Assembly: GCA_002427735.1 (NCBI GenBank)
Contig: DIYP01000007.1
Coordinates: 629,049 to 693,048, forward strand
Origin: Flavobacteriales bacterium UBA6051
GTDB taxonomy: Bacteria > Bacteroidota > Bacteroidia > Flavobacteriales_D > Crocinitomicaceae
Length of the DNA: 64,000 bases
Reading direction: 5' to 3'
Within the stretch, counting starts at the first letter, position 1; the number at the start of each line of letters is the position of its first letter. The notes under the pieces are model-generated. The model searched no databases, was not told the origin of the DNA, and saw nothing but the letters and a program-made list of their open reading frames with translations. Below are positions 1-8,311 of the stretch, one piece after another. The translations under genes and the position numbers were made by a program.

Positions 1-106
1 TGATCGCCTTGAATTTGATTTTAAAGGGGAAACGCAGCCTATTGATACAAACAACACGTCGGAAGGTAAACAACGCAACCGACGCGTTGATTTTGCTTTT
101 ATCTAA
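1..106 (+). CDS. OmpA-family protein, C-terminal fragment (5' end lies outside the window)
   Basis: Frame 2 reads DRLEFDFKGETQPIDTNNTSEGKQRNRRVDFAFI* with the stop at 104-106. The N-x-x-G-x-x-x-NRRV-D/E-F ending is the conserved tail of OmpA-like peptidoglycan-binding domains. Confidence 0.7.
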   Translation, partial: DRLEFDFKGETQPIDTNNTSEGKQRNRRVDFAFI

Positions 107-552
107 TCTTTCTTCAGGCGAAACCAGTTTTGTGTTCTGTACAGAAACCCAATGTATCCACGAACCATGAGCGCATCACTGTTCAACGGATTAAGCCAAA
201 TAGATAATTTATAAACTTTACCGTTCTCAGGATCAATTACTGTTCCTCCTTCCCACTCCTTTCCGTTCCATTTTAGATCCCGAACAACTTGCAAGCCAAT
301 TAATGGTTTGTTCTTTCTGTCATCCGTGCATTTATCGCATACAGGGTTTTCTTCTCTTCCTTCCTCAGGAAAGAGATAAATAATTTTGCCGTAAAGCTTC
401 CCGTTTTCTTTATATAAACGGACAACGGATTTTTTCTTTCCTGTCTTATCGTCAATGGTCACCCATTTCCCCACACAAGACTGCCCAAAAGCAGCAAAGA
501 CACTCAGGAAGAATGCTGTAAAAACAAGAATTAATCTCAAATTGATGCCCAT
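103..552 (-). CDS. DUF2147-like secreted protein
   Basis: 149 aa with an N-terminal signal peptide. GKWVTIDDKTGKKKSVV..YKENGKLYGKI and DPENGKVY...L.VRGY match my recollection of the DUF2147 family. Confidence 0.6.
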   Translation of the reverse strand: MGINLRLILVFTAFFLSVFAAFGQSCVGKWVTIDDKTGKKKSVVRLYKENGKLYGKIIYLFPEEGREENPVCDKCTDDRKNKPLIGLQVVRDLKWNGKEWEGGTVIDPENGKVYKLSIWLNPLNSDALMVRGYIGFLYRTQNWFRLKKD

Positions 553-1119
553 TTAAACTTTCCCAAGCATTGCATCTTTCAAGCCCTTATCTGCAGGGTT
601 TCCGCCAAACCAAATCCCCCAAAGAGCTTTCTTAAATTCTAGCCCTTTGTGTGTGCCTAGTTTTTCACCGTTCACTACAACCTGAACACCGATACCTGGC
701 TTGTACAATAAAATGATATCGTCTCCTGACTTGAACGGCTTACTAAAACTCTTTTTAAAAGCTGCAATCTCCGTCTTAGTCGCTGCACCAGTCGTTGAAT
801 TAGAGAATCCCTCATCTACCGAGGAAACAAATTTCTCTCGCGTTACTTTATCAGATACCAACTTAATTCTGATACACATCTCTTCATTCGCATTAATGAT
901 ACTCGAAGCATTTGAAGACTGTGATTTTAAGTACAGTGCACCTACATACAGATCAATAAAGTACTTTTCACGAAGTCCCGAACCGTTATATTTTACAACA
1001 GCATCGCCTATCTTGATCTTTGCAGGAAAAGACACTCCATGCGATTGAATATCTTGAGCATTTACAGATAACGTTAAACCGAAAACGAACGCTATACATG
1101 TCAATAATTTAGAAGTCAT
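553..1119 (-). CDS. Chalcone isomerase-like family protein (secreted)
   Basis: 188 aa with a signal peptide. KYNGSGLREKYFIDLYVGALYL and the C-terminal LWGIWFG..P resemble bacterial chalcone-isomerase-like (Chalcone_3) proteins. Confidence 0.5.
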   Translation of the reverse strand: MTSKLLTCIAFVFGLTLSVNAQDIQSHGVSFPAKIKIGDAVVKYNGSGLREKYFIDLYVGALYLKSQSSNASSIINANEEMCIRIKLVSDKVTREKFVSSVDEGFSNSTTGAATKTEIAAFKKSFSKPFKSGDDIILLYKPGIGVQVVVNGEKLGTHKGLEFKKALWGIWFGGNPADKGLKDAMLGKV

Positions 1120-1183
1120 ACTACGTATATTTTAAATGTTATTGGTAATTTTAAGCAATCATTATTCCAAACTTACAAAAATT

Positions 1184-1459
1184 ATGAGCATGTCTAAATA
1201 TCTTACATTTTCACTCTTTTCTGCCCTTTTATTACTGGCATCATGTGGAGGTTGGTCTGAAGATCAAAAAACACAAATAAAAAACAAATGTCTTGGTAAC
1301 GGTGGGTATGATTGTGACTGCTACGTAAAGACTGTGGTGGAAAAATATCCGGAACCGGAAGACTTTAATAAGTTGTCTCAAGAAGAGCAAGGAACTGTTG
1401 TCGAGGGCTGTGCTGTAGAAGTTGAAGAAACACCTGAAGAGGATTTAGAATCTTTTTAA
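1184..1459 (+). CDS. Small lipoprotein, unknown function
   Basis: The in-frame ATG at 1184 gives MSMSKYLTFSLFSALLLLASCGG, a lipobox (LLASC). The tail is acidic. The ORF-track start at 1136 is probably too early. Confidence 0.55.
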   Translation: MSMSKYLTFSLFSALLLLASCGGWSEDQKTQIKNKCLGNGGYDCDCYVKTVVEKYPEPEDFNKLSQEEQGTVVEGCAVEVEETPEEDLESF

Positions 1460-1478
1460 GGAGCGTATATAAACATTA

Positions 1479-2093
1479 TTAGGCGATCTTTGGATCGCCT
1501 TTTTTTATGTTTAGAAATGCTTGTAAGATTTCTTTCCCAAACTCACTCATGATAGATTCAGGATGAAATTGTACGCCAAATAGCATCAAGTCAGATCGAC
1601 TCATAGCCATAGCCGTTCCTTCTGAAACCGAAATTGCATCAATCGAGTAATGGCGGCTTTCTTCAACAAACCAACTGTGATATAATCCAACATTAAACGT
1701 TTCTGGTAATCCCTGAAACAATACTGATTGATTCACCACCTTAATTTCTTCTGCAACACCATGTTTGACACGCTCTTTATTCGCGAGGGCTCCACCAAGA
1801 AGCTCAGCGAGCGCTTGCATCCCTAGGCAAATCCCTAGAATCGGTATGTTGCCAACGACATTGCTTAAGAAGCTTAACATTTCAGGATAATCAGCTGGCA
1901 AACCGGGACCGGGAGAAACAACGACGGCATCGTAATCAGCGAGATTAATATGTGCTAACTTATCACTTCTTTGCACGTCTACAGTTACTTCCAATGAAGT
2001 CAAATAATGCTCCAAATTGTATGTGAAAGAATCAAAATTATCGATCAATAGCACCCGCTGCAAAACTCTATTATTTTGTGTAAACTTGCACAA
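1479..2093 (-). CDS. Anthranilate/aminodeoxychorismate synthase component II (class I glutamine amidotransferase, TrpG/PabA type)
   Basis: LLIDNFDSFTYNL, GICLGMQA (catalytic Cys) and FGVQFHPES (His/Glu) motifs are present. The ORF-track start at 2093 is a TTG. The GTG at 2054 (giving (M)LLIDNFDSF) is an equally plausible start. Confidence 0.85.
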   Translation of the reverse strand: MCKFTQNNRVLQRVLLIDNFDSFTYNLEHYLTSLEVTVDVQRSDKLAHINLADYDAVVVSPGPGLPADYPEMLSFLSNVVGNIPILGICLGMQALAELLGGALANKERVKHGVAEEIKVVNQSVLFQGLPETFNVGLYHSWFVEESRHYSIDAISVSEGTAMAMSRSDLMLFGVQFHPESIMSEFGKEILQAFLNIKKGDPKIA

Positions 2094-2103
2094 AAGTAAG
2101 AAG

Positions 2104-2484
2104 ATGAAAAAGGGATTACAAATACCGGGGGCACCTGCCCCAATTGGGCCGTATAGTCAGGCTGTTTTAACCAATGACACGCTCTATGTATCCGGTCAAA
2201 TTCCAATTGACCCAACGACGGGTGAACTTGTAAATGATTCCATTGAGGCTTCCACACACCAGGTCATGAAAAATATCATTTCATTATTAAATGAAGCTCA
2301 AATGACCACAGATAATATTGTAAAATGCAGCATTTTCTTGAAAGATTTAGAGAATTTCAAAGCTGTTAACGAAATATACGGTGGATACTTTCGTTCCACT
2401 CCTCCGGCACGTGAAACGATGCAAGTAGCCAAACTTCCAATGGATGTGGATGTAGAAATTTCTTGTATTGCTGTTGCTGACTAG
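2104..2484 (+). CDS. RidA/YjgF-family reactive intermediate deaminase
   Basis: The ATG at 2104 gives MKKGLQIPGAPAPIGPYSQAV...LYVSGQIP.DP.TG, the typical RidA N-terminus. PARETMQVAKLPMDVDVEI is the conserved C-terminus. Confidence 0.85.
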   Translation: MKKGLQIPGAPAPIGPYSQAVLTNDTLYVSGQIPIDPTTGELVNDSIEASTHQVMKNIISLLNEAQMTTDNIVKCSIFLKDLENFKAVNEIYGGYFRSTPPARETMQVAKLPMDVDVEISCIAVAD

Positions 2485-2492
2485 AGCTACTT

Positions 2493-4409
2493 TTGAATTC
2501 CGAACTGACATATAAGTTGAGCATTATCGTTGTTAACTACAACGTACAGTACTTCTTGGACCAATGTCTGGATGCGGTTAAAAAAGCTATCGATAACGTA
2601 TCTGCAGAAGTATTGATTGTAGACAATTGCTCGGTAGATGGATCGCTTCAAATGCTCGCTGACAAGTATCCTGAATTTACGGTAATTGCTAACAAAGAAA
2701 ATGTCGGCTTTTCTAAAGCGAATAATCAGGCAATTTTGGCTTCATCAGGAGAATATGTATTGCTTCTTAATCCAGATACCGTCGTTGCAGAAGATTCATT
2801 TGAAAAAGTCATTGATTTCATGGACAAGCACCCTGATTCCGGAGGACTGGGTGTTCGGATGATCGACGGTAAGGGTGGCTTTCTACCCGAATCAAAACGT
2901 GGACTACCGAGGCCAATGGTCGCTTTTTATAAAATCTTTGGATTATCAAGTCTTTTCCCAAGATCCAAAAGGTTCAGTCAATATCACTTAGGACACCTTT
3001 CTGAACATGAAAATCATGAAATTGATGTGCTTAGTGGAGCATTTATGATGATGCGCAAAAAAACACTCGATGAAGTTGGATTATTAGATGAAAACTTCTT
3101 TATGTATGGTGAGGATATAGACCTGTCCTATCGAATTACTCTTGGAGGATATAAGAATTACTACTGCTCTGATACTACTATTATTCACTACAAAGGAGAA
3201 AGTACTAAGAAAAGTTCAGTGAATTATGTTTTCGTATTCTACAATGCGATGATCATTTTCGCTAAAAAGCATTTTTCAGGGAAACAAGCACGACTGTTTT
3301 CTTTTTTGATAAATCTGGCTATATACCTGCGCGCTTTCCTAGCATTGTGCGTTCGTTTTATTAAGCGAATTTTCCTTCCTTTTATAGATTTTATCTACGT
3401 CGTAGGAGGACTCTACGCACTAACCAATTATTGGAAGATGTCGGATATTGAGTTTCCATGGGAGCTTATTCAATATTCTATTCCTATTTATGCAGCTACC
3501 TGGCTCGTTTCAGCATTTTTCAACGGAGGCTATGATGGTCCAGTTCGATTATTTAAACTTTTCAAGGGAGTTTTTGTCGGGACGATTCTCATTTTATTAG
3601 CCTACGCTGTGCTTCCTAAATCCTGGCAATTCTCGCGTCTATTTATATTCGTAGGTGCAGGCTGGGTGCTTTCATACTACTTGATTTCAAGAGTATTCCT
3701 GCATTTTACTGTTGGAAAACGATATAATTTAAAAACGAACCTGAGGAAACGTTTTGGTATCGTTGCTAAGGGTGACGAATTTGAACGCATTCGAGAATTG
3801 ATCAAACAAACCAATGAACAGGCTAAGGAGATTTCTCCAATTAATGCAGCTGAAACTGGAATAAAATCATTTGATCAAACAGATGAAATCGTTTTTCCTT
3901 CAAAAACGATGAAGTATCATGACATCATCAGCTGGATGTCAAAACTTCACTCTTCAAAATTAGATTTCAAAATTGCCCCAGATGGTGCGACCTACCTCAT
4001 TGGAAGTAACTCTATCGATACTGCTGGAGACTTGTATATCCTAAACCTTAACACCCTGGTAAGCAAAGAGAACAAGCGAAAAAAACGACTTTTCGATTTG
4101 GGGATCTCTACCCTCTTGTTTATCATGTTTCCATTAAACGTATTCTGGGTAGGTCAAAAAGGGAATTACTTAAAGAATTTGCTTCAGGTCTTCTTGGGAA
4201 GAAAAACGTTTGTAGGCTTTTCAGAGGAAGATTTCAAGAGAGATGTTCGTTTACCAAAGATAAAACCGGGCATTCTATCACCATCAGATGTTATTGATAG
4301 GAATGACGAAGTAATTCGCGAGAAACTAAACCTGCTTTATTCACGTGATTATTCAATGCGAAAAGATTTTTCCATCCTCTTGAAAGCATGGGGAAAGCTC
4401 GATAATTAA
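2493..4409 (+). CDS. Family 2 glycosyltransferase fused to a polytopic membrane C-terminal region
   Basis: LSIIVVNYN, VDNCSVDGS, FSKANNQ, LLNPDT and GEDIDLSYR are GT2 (GT-A fold) motifs. They are followed by several hydrophobic helices. The start codon is TTG. Confidence 0.75.
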   Translation: MNSELTYKLSIIVVNYNVQYFLDQCLDAVKKAIDNVSAEVLIVDNCSVDGSLQMLADKYPEFTVIANKENVGFSKANNQAILASSGEYVLLLNPDTVVAEDSFEKVIDFMDKHPDSGGLGVRMIDGKGGFLPESKRGLPRPMVAFYKIFGLSSLFPRSKRFSQYHLGHLSEHENHEIDVLSGAFMMMRKKTLDEVGLLDENFFMYGEDIDLSYRITLGGYKNYYCSDTTIIHYKGESTKKSSVNYVFVFYNAMIIFAKKHFSGKQARLFSFLINLAIYLRAFLALCVRFIKRIFLPFIDFIYVVGGLYALTNYWKMSDIEFPWELIQYSIPIYAATWLVSAFFNGGYDGPVRLFKLFKGVFVGTILILLAYAVLPKSWQFSRLFIFVGAGWVLSYYLISRVFLHFTVGKRYNLKTNLRKRFGIVAKGDEFERIRELIKQTNEQAKEISPINAAETGIKSFDQTDEIVFPSKTMKYHDIISWMSKLHSSKLDFKIAPDGATYLIGSNSIDTAGDLYILNLNTLVSKENKRKKRLFDLGISTLLFIMFPLNVFWVGQKGNYLKNLLQVFLGRKTFVGFSEEDFKRDVRLPKIKPGILSPSDVIDRNDEVIREKLNLLYSRDYSMRKDFSILLKAWGKLDN

Positions 4410-4425
4410 ATCATTACATTCTCTA

Positions 4426-4455
4426 TTGACAAAGACGAAATTTCGACTATTTTTG
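4426..4455 (+). promoter_or_regulatory. Bacteroidetes-type promoter (TTG-N19-TAttTTTG) upstream of the E2 gene
   Basis: TTG at 4426-4428 and TATTTTTG at 4448-4455 fit the published Bacteroidetes consensus (-33 TTG, -7 TAnnTTTG, about 19-nt spacer), 27 nt before the ATG. The -7 box sits inside a 7-bp inverted repeat: TCGACTA at 4443-4449 and TAGTCGA at 4456-4462. Confidence 0.5.
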
Positions 4456-4481
4456 TAGTCGAAAAACAGACTCTTTATTTT

Positions 4482-5855
4482 ATGTCACAAATAGAAATCA
4501 GACTCCCGAAAATGGGAGAAAGTGTTACCGAAGCAACCATTACGAACTGGTTAAAGAACGTTGGTGATACCATTGAGATGGATGAGCCATTGGTAGAAGT
4601 TGCTACGGATAAAGTGGATAACGAATTGCCTTCTGAAGCTGAAGGTGTACTTGTTAAACAATTATTTGCTGAAAATGATGTGGCACAAGTCGGAGATGTA
4701 ATTGCGATCATCTCAACAGATGGTTCTGCTCCTGCTGCTGAAGCTGAAGCAGTTTCAGAAACTCCTGCTGCTGTTATCGAAAAAGAAGTAACGGCTGCAG
4801 TGCAAGAAGTTACAGCAGTTACACCATCTAACGGTGTTACACTTGAGAAAAATGGAGCTTCTGGTAAATTTTACTCTCCGTTAGTGAGAAGTATTGCAGA
4901 AAAGGAAGGAATTTCAATGAATGAATTGGAATCCATTGCTGGTACGGGTCAGGCTGGACGCGTTACGAAAAAAGACATATTAGGGTACATTGATGGTGGG
5001 AGAGCCGCTAATACAACTGTTGTTGAATCGACACCGGCTGCACCGGCTGCTACTGCTGCACCTACCGCACCACCAGCGCAACCTGCTCAAGCTTCTTCAG
5101 GAGGATTTTTAGCAAACATCAAAGAGCCTGTTGTTACTCCGAATGAAGGAGACGAAATTATCGAAATGGATCGCATGCGTAAGCTAATTGCAGATCATAT
5201 GGTGATGTCAACACATGTTTCTCCGCATGTTACCAGCTATGTTGAAGCTGATGTAACAAAGATTGTGAATTGGAGAAATAAGGTTAAAAACGAATTTGCA
5301 AAGCGAGAAGGTGAGAAAATCACATTTACGCCAATTTTTATGGAAGCAATTGTAAAAGCCATTAAAGACTTCCCAATGGTTAATGTATCCGTAATGGGTG
5401 ATAAAATTGTGAAGCGAAATAATATCAATATAGGTATGGCAACTGCGCTTCCTTCTGGAAATTTAATTGTGCCTGTAATTAAGAATGCTGATCGCTTAAA
5501 CTTAACTGGACTTACAAAGTCAGTAAATGAATTGGCAACGAATGCCCGAAATAACGCACTTAAACCTGAAGATATTCAGGGAGGTACGTATACTGTTACC
5601 AACGTTGGAACATTCGGGAACGTGATGGGAACACCTATCATTAATCAACCTCAAGTTGCTATCTTAGCCGTTGGTGCAATTCGAAAAGTACCAGCTGTAA
5701 TCGAAACTCCTGATGGAGACTTCATTGGAATTCGACACAAGATGTTCTTATCACACTCCTACGACCACCGTGTGGTTGACGGAGCATTAGGAGGACAATT
5801 TGTTCGTCGAGTTGCTGATTACCTGGAGCAATTTGATGAGAACCGCGAACTCTAA
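4482..5855 (+). CDS. 2-oxoacid dehydrogenase complex E2 (dihydrolipoamide acyltransferase)
   Basis: It has a lipoyl domain (VATDKV), an Ala/Pro-rich linker, an E3-binding domain (SPLVRSIAEKEGI) and a catalytic domain ending in SHSYDHRVVDGA (the DHRxxDG active site). Confidence 0.9.
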   Translation: MSQIEIRLPKMGESVTEATITNWLKNVGDTIEMDEPLVEVATDKVDNELPSEAEGVLVKQLFAENDVAQVGDVIAIISTDGSAPAAEAEAVSETPAAVIEKEVTAAVQEVTAVTPSNGVTLEKNGASGKFYSPLVRSIAEKEGISMNELESIAGTGQAGRVTKKDILGYIDGGRAANTTVVESTPAAPAATAAPTAPPAQPAQASSGGFLANIKEPVVTPNEGDEIIEMDRMRKLIADHMVMSTHVSPHVTSYVEADVTKIVNWRNKVKNEFAKREGEKITFTPIFMEAIVKAIKDFPMVNVSVMGDKIVKRNNINIGMATALPSGNLIVPVIKNADRLNLTGLTKSVNELATNARNNALKPEDIQGGTYTVTNVGTFGNVMGTPIINQPQVAILAVGAIRKVPAVIETPDGDFIGIRHKMFLSHSYDHRVVDGALGGQFVRRVADYLEQFDENREL

Positions 5856-5869
5856 CTAACACTAACCAC

Positions 5870-8176
5870 ATGAATACACTTAAGTCTCTGCTGATTTTAT
5901 TGGTTTTTCCAATGATCAGCTTCGGGCAAATGACCGAGCAAGAAGTCCGCGATATGGCTTCTTCAGCTACTGAACAAGAACTTGTTGTCCAAAGTTCTAC
6001 AATGATGCAGGAGCGTTATTACTTTCATGCAGAAATTCTAGTCGACAAACTATTGTCCATGAAGCCTGAAAGTCCGAACTACAATTACCGAAAAGGATTT
6101 TTGAGTCTGGAGGGTCGCAAAGATTACATCACAGCGACTCCATACCTGGAAAAAGCCGTGAAATCAACTGATAAAAATTATGATGCTTATTCTGTAAAAG
6201 AGACAAGTGCGCCACTAGACGCTTTTTATCATCTTGGAGTAGCGTATCACCTTGACGAGAAGTTAGACAAGGCAAAAGAGAACTTCAATCAGTTTTTGGC
6301 ATTAACAGGTAAAAAATCACCGCTAATCGATATGGCTCAGTTGAAACTGAAGCAATGCGAAATAGCGAAAGGTCTTATTGCATCGCCCAAAACTGCTGTG
6401 GTTAAAAACATTGGTGACAAGGTGAACTCTGATATGCCAGAATATGCTCCTGTAGTATCTTTGGACGGAACGTCGTTGTACTTTACTTCGAGACGTGCGT
6501 GGGAAGACAACAGCACAGCGGATTATAAAGATCCAATGCTGAATAACTATCCCGAAGATATCTTCGTGAGTTATCAGGACTTTGAAGGTGAATGGACTTC
6601 TCCTGAAAAACTTGCTTTCTGTGAAGACAAGTATAACGAGGCCACGATTGCCGTTAGTTCAGATGAGCGTAAAATCTTCGTTTATCAAGATGCGACTGGT
6701 GGAGGTGATATTTATTTCTCGGACTTTGCTGACAATAAGTTCAGTGAAATGGAAAAATTACGTTACAATGGTGTGAATTCAGATAGCTGGGAAACACACT
6801 GTACAATGACACCTGACGGAGAGAACATGTATTTTGTGTCAGACCGTGAAGGTGGATTTGGTGGACGCGATATTTACCGTATTGTAAAGTTGCCAAATGG
6901 TGAATGGAGTGAGCCTTTGAACATGGGGCCTGGAATCAATACACCATACGACGAAGATTCTCCATTCATTGCGGTTAACAACAAAACACTGTACTTCTCA
7001 AGTAATGGGCCAAACAGTATGGGTGGGTTCGATGTTTTCGTTGCTTTCAGAGATGAAAACAATCAATGGTCGACTCCGGTTAATATGGGGTACCCAATTA
7101 ACTCTGCTGGTGATGATATCTTCTACACAACTACCGTTGATGGCTTGAAAGGATATCTTTCTTCTTTCCGTAAGGGAGGTTATGGTGAGAAAGATATTTA
7201 CGAGATTCAAAACGATTACCTTGGGAACCGGCCTATTAGTAGTTTACGCGGTTTGATTTCATCAAACAATTCGAATCCTATCCCAGCCACTGTAACTGTT
7301 CGCTTAGAATGTAAAACGTGTAAGAAAGAAAGCAGCAAGGTTAGCTATCCTCGAATTAAGAACGGTGCGTTCTTCGCAGTTCTTGAAAGATGTAGCGATT
7401 ACGTATTATATTTTGAAGACGGCGACGAATTGTTGCGAAAAATGGAGTTCAACACACTCTGTAATGCTGAAAACGAAGAGATTGAGAAGAATCACGTAAT
7501 GGGGTCTTACACACTTGCCGGAACAGTTTCTGACGACAAAACACTTGAATTGCTCGCTAATTCTACAGTTGAGTTCATCAATGCGGAAGGTAAAGTGTTC
7601 GAAACATTTAAAACAGATGATAAAGGTGCATTCTCATCAAACTATCTAGACTCAAAAGAGTTCGGAGATAGAGTTGCATTCGACGTTCATGTTATGAAAG
7701 ATGGGTATTTGACACAAACATTCAAGGTAGATACGATGCTTGCTATGGAACCACATATCCAACTAGACTACCTGATCGCTTCAACTGCGGTCGGAACAGA
7801 CATTGGAGCAGTGTTCGATTTAAATCCAATTTATTTCGATGTTGACAAGTCAAACATACGACCAGATGCGGCAGTAGAACTGGATAAAATTGTTGAGATT
7901 ATGAATGAGAATCCTTCGATTAAAATCGAGCTTGGTTCTCACACTGACTGTCGTGCATCTAAATCATACAACAAATCACTTTCGAATAGACGTGCGGTTT
8001 CATCTGCGAAGTATATTCAGGCGCGAATTGATAATCCAAAACGTATCTACGGAAAAGGATATGGCGAGAGTCAATTGGTGAACGATTGTGGTTGTGAAGG
8101 CTCTGTTGTTTCTGATTGTTCAGAAGAAGAACACCAGGCTAACCGTCGTACAGAATTCAAAATCGTTAAGAACTAG
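5870..8176 (+). CDS. TPR / PD40 (TolB-like beta-propeller) / OmpA-domain outer-membrane-associated protein
   Basis: 768 aa with a signal peptide and an N-terminal TPR-like region. PD40-like repeats follow (PEYAPVVSLDGTSLYFTS, MTPDGENMYFVSDREGGFGGRDIY, DSPFIAVNNKTLYFSS). The C-terminus is a canonical OmpA-like domain (IYFDVDKSNI...GSHTD...NKSLSNRRA...NRRTEFKI). Confidence 0.85.
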   Translation: MNTLKSLLILLVFPMISFGQMTEQEVRDMASSATEQELVVQSSTMMQERYYFHAEILVDKLLSMKPESPNYNYRKGFLSLEGRKDYITATPYLEKAVKSTDKNYDAYSVKETSAPLDAFYHLGVAYHLDEKLDKAKENFNQFLALTGKKSPLIDMAQLKLKQCEIAKGLIASPKTAVVKNIGDKVNSDMPEYAPVVSLDGTSLYFTSRRAWEDNSTADYKDPMLNNYPEDIFVSYQDFEGEWTSPEKLAFCEDKYNEATIAVSSDERKIFVYQDATGGGDIYFSDFADNKFSEMEKLRYNGVNSDSWETHCTMTPDGENMYFVSDREGGFGGRDIYRIVKLPNGEWSEPLNMGPGINTPYDEDSPFIAVNNKTLYFSSNGPNSMGGFDVFVAFRDENNQWSTPVNMGYPINSAGDDIFYTTTVDGLKGYLSSFRKGGYGEKDIYEIQNDYLGNRPISSLRGLISSNNSNPIPATVTVRLECKTCKKESSKVSYPRIKNGAFFAVLERCSDYVLYFEDGDELLRKMEFNTLCNAENEEIEKNHVMGSYTLAGTVSDDKTLELLANSTVEFINAEGKVFETFKTDDKGAFSSNYLDSKEFGDRVAFDVHVMKDGYLTQTFKVDTMLAMEPHIQLDYLIASTAVGTDIGAVFDLNPIYFDVDKSNIRPDAAVELDKIVEIMNENPSIKIELGSHTDCRASKSYNKSLSNRRAVSSAKYIQARIDNPKRIYGKGYGESQLVNDCGCEGSVVSDCSEEEHQANRRTEFKIVKN

Positions 8177-8207
8177 GGAATATTCAAACAACCTAATGTT
8201 TTGAAAA

Positions 8208-8236
8208 GTCCGAGTTAACTCTCGGGCTTTTTTTTT
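8208..8236 (+). terminator. Intrinsic terminator
   Basis: Stem 8208-8214 / 8221-8227 (GTCCGAG / CTCGGGC, one G-U pair), loop TTAACT, then a 9-T run at 8228-8236. It lies 32 nt after the stop. Confidence 0.75.
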
Positions 8237-8311
8237 GATTAATGTTTAAATTGTAACTAATTACAACATTCAACGTAACCAAATACAATTGAATGTAAAA
8301 TCAAGTCTACT

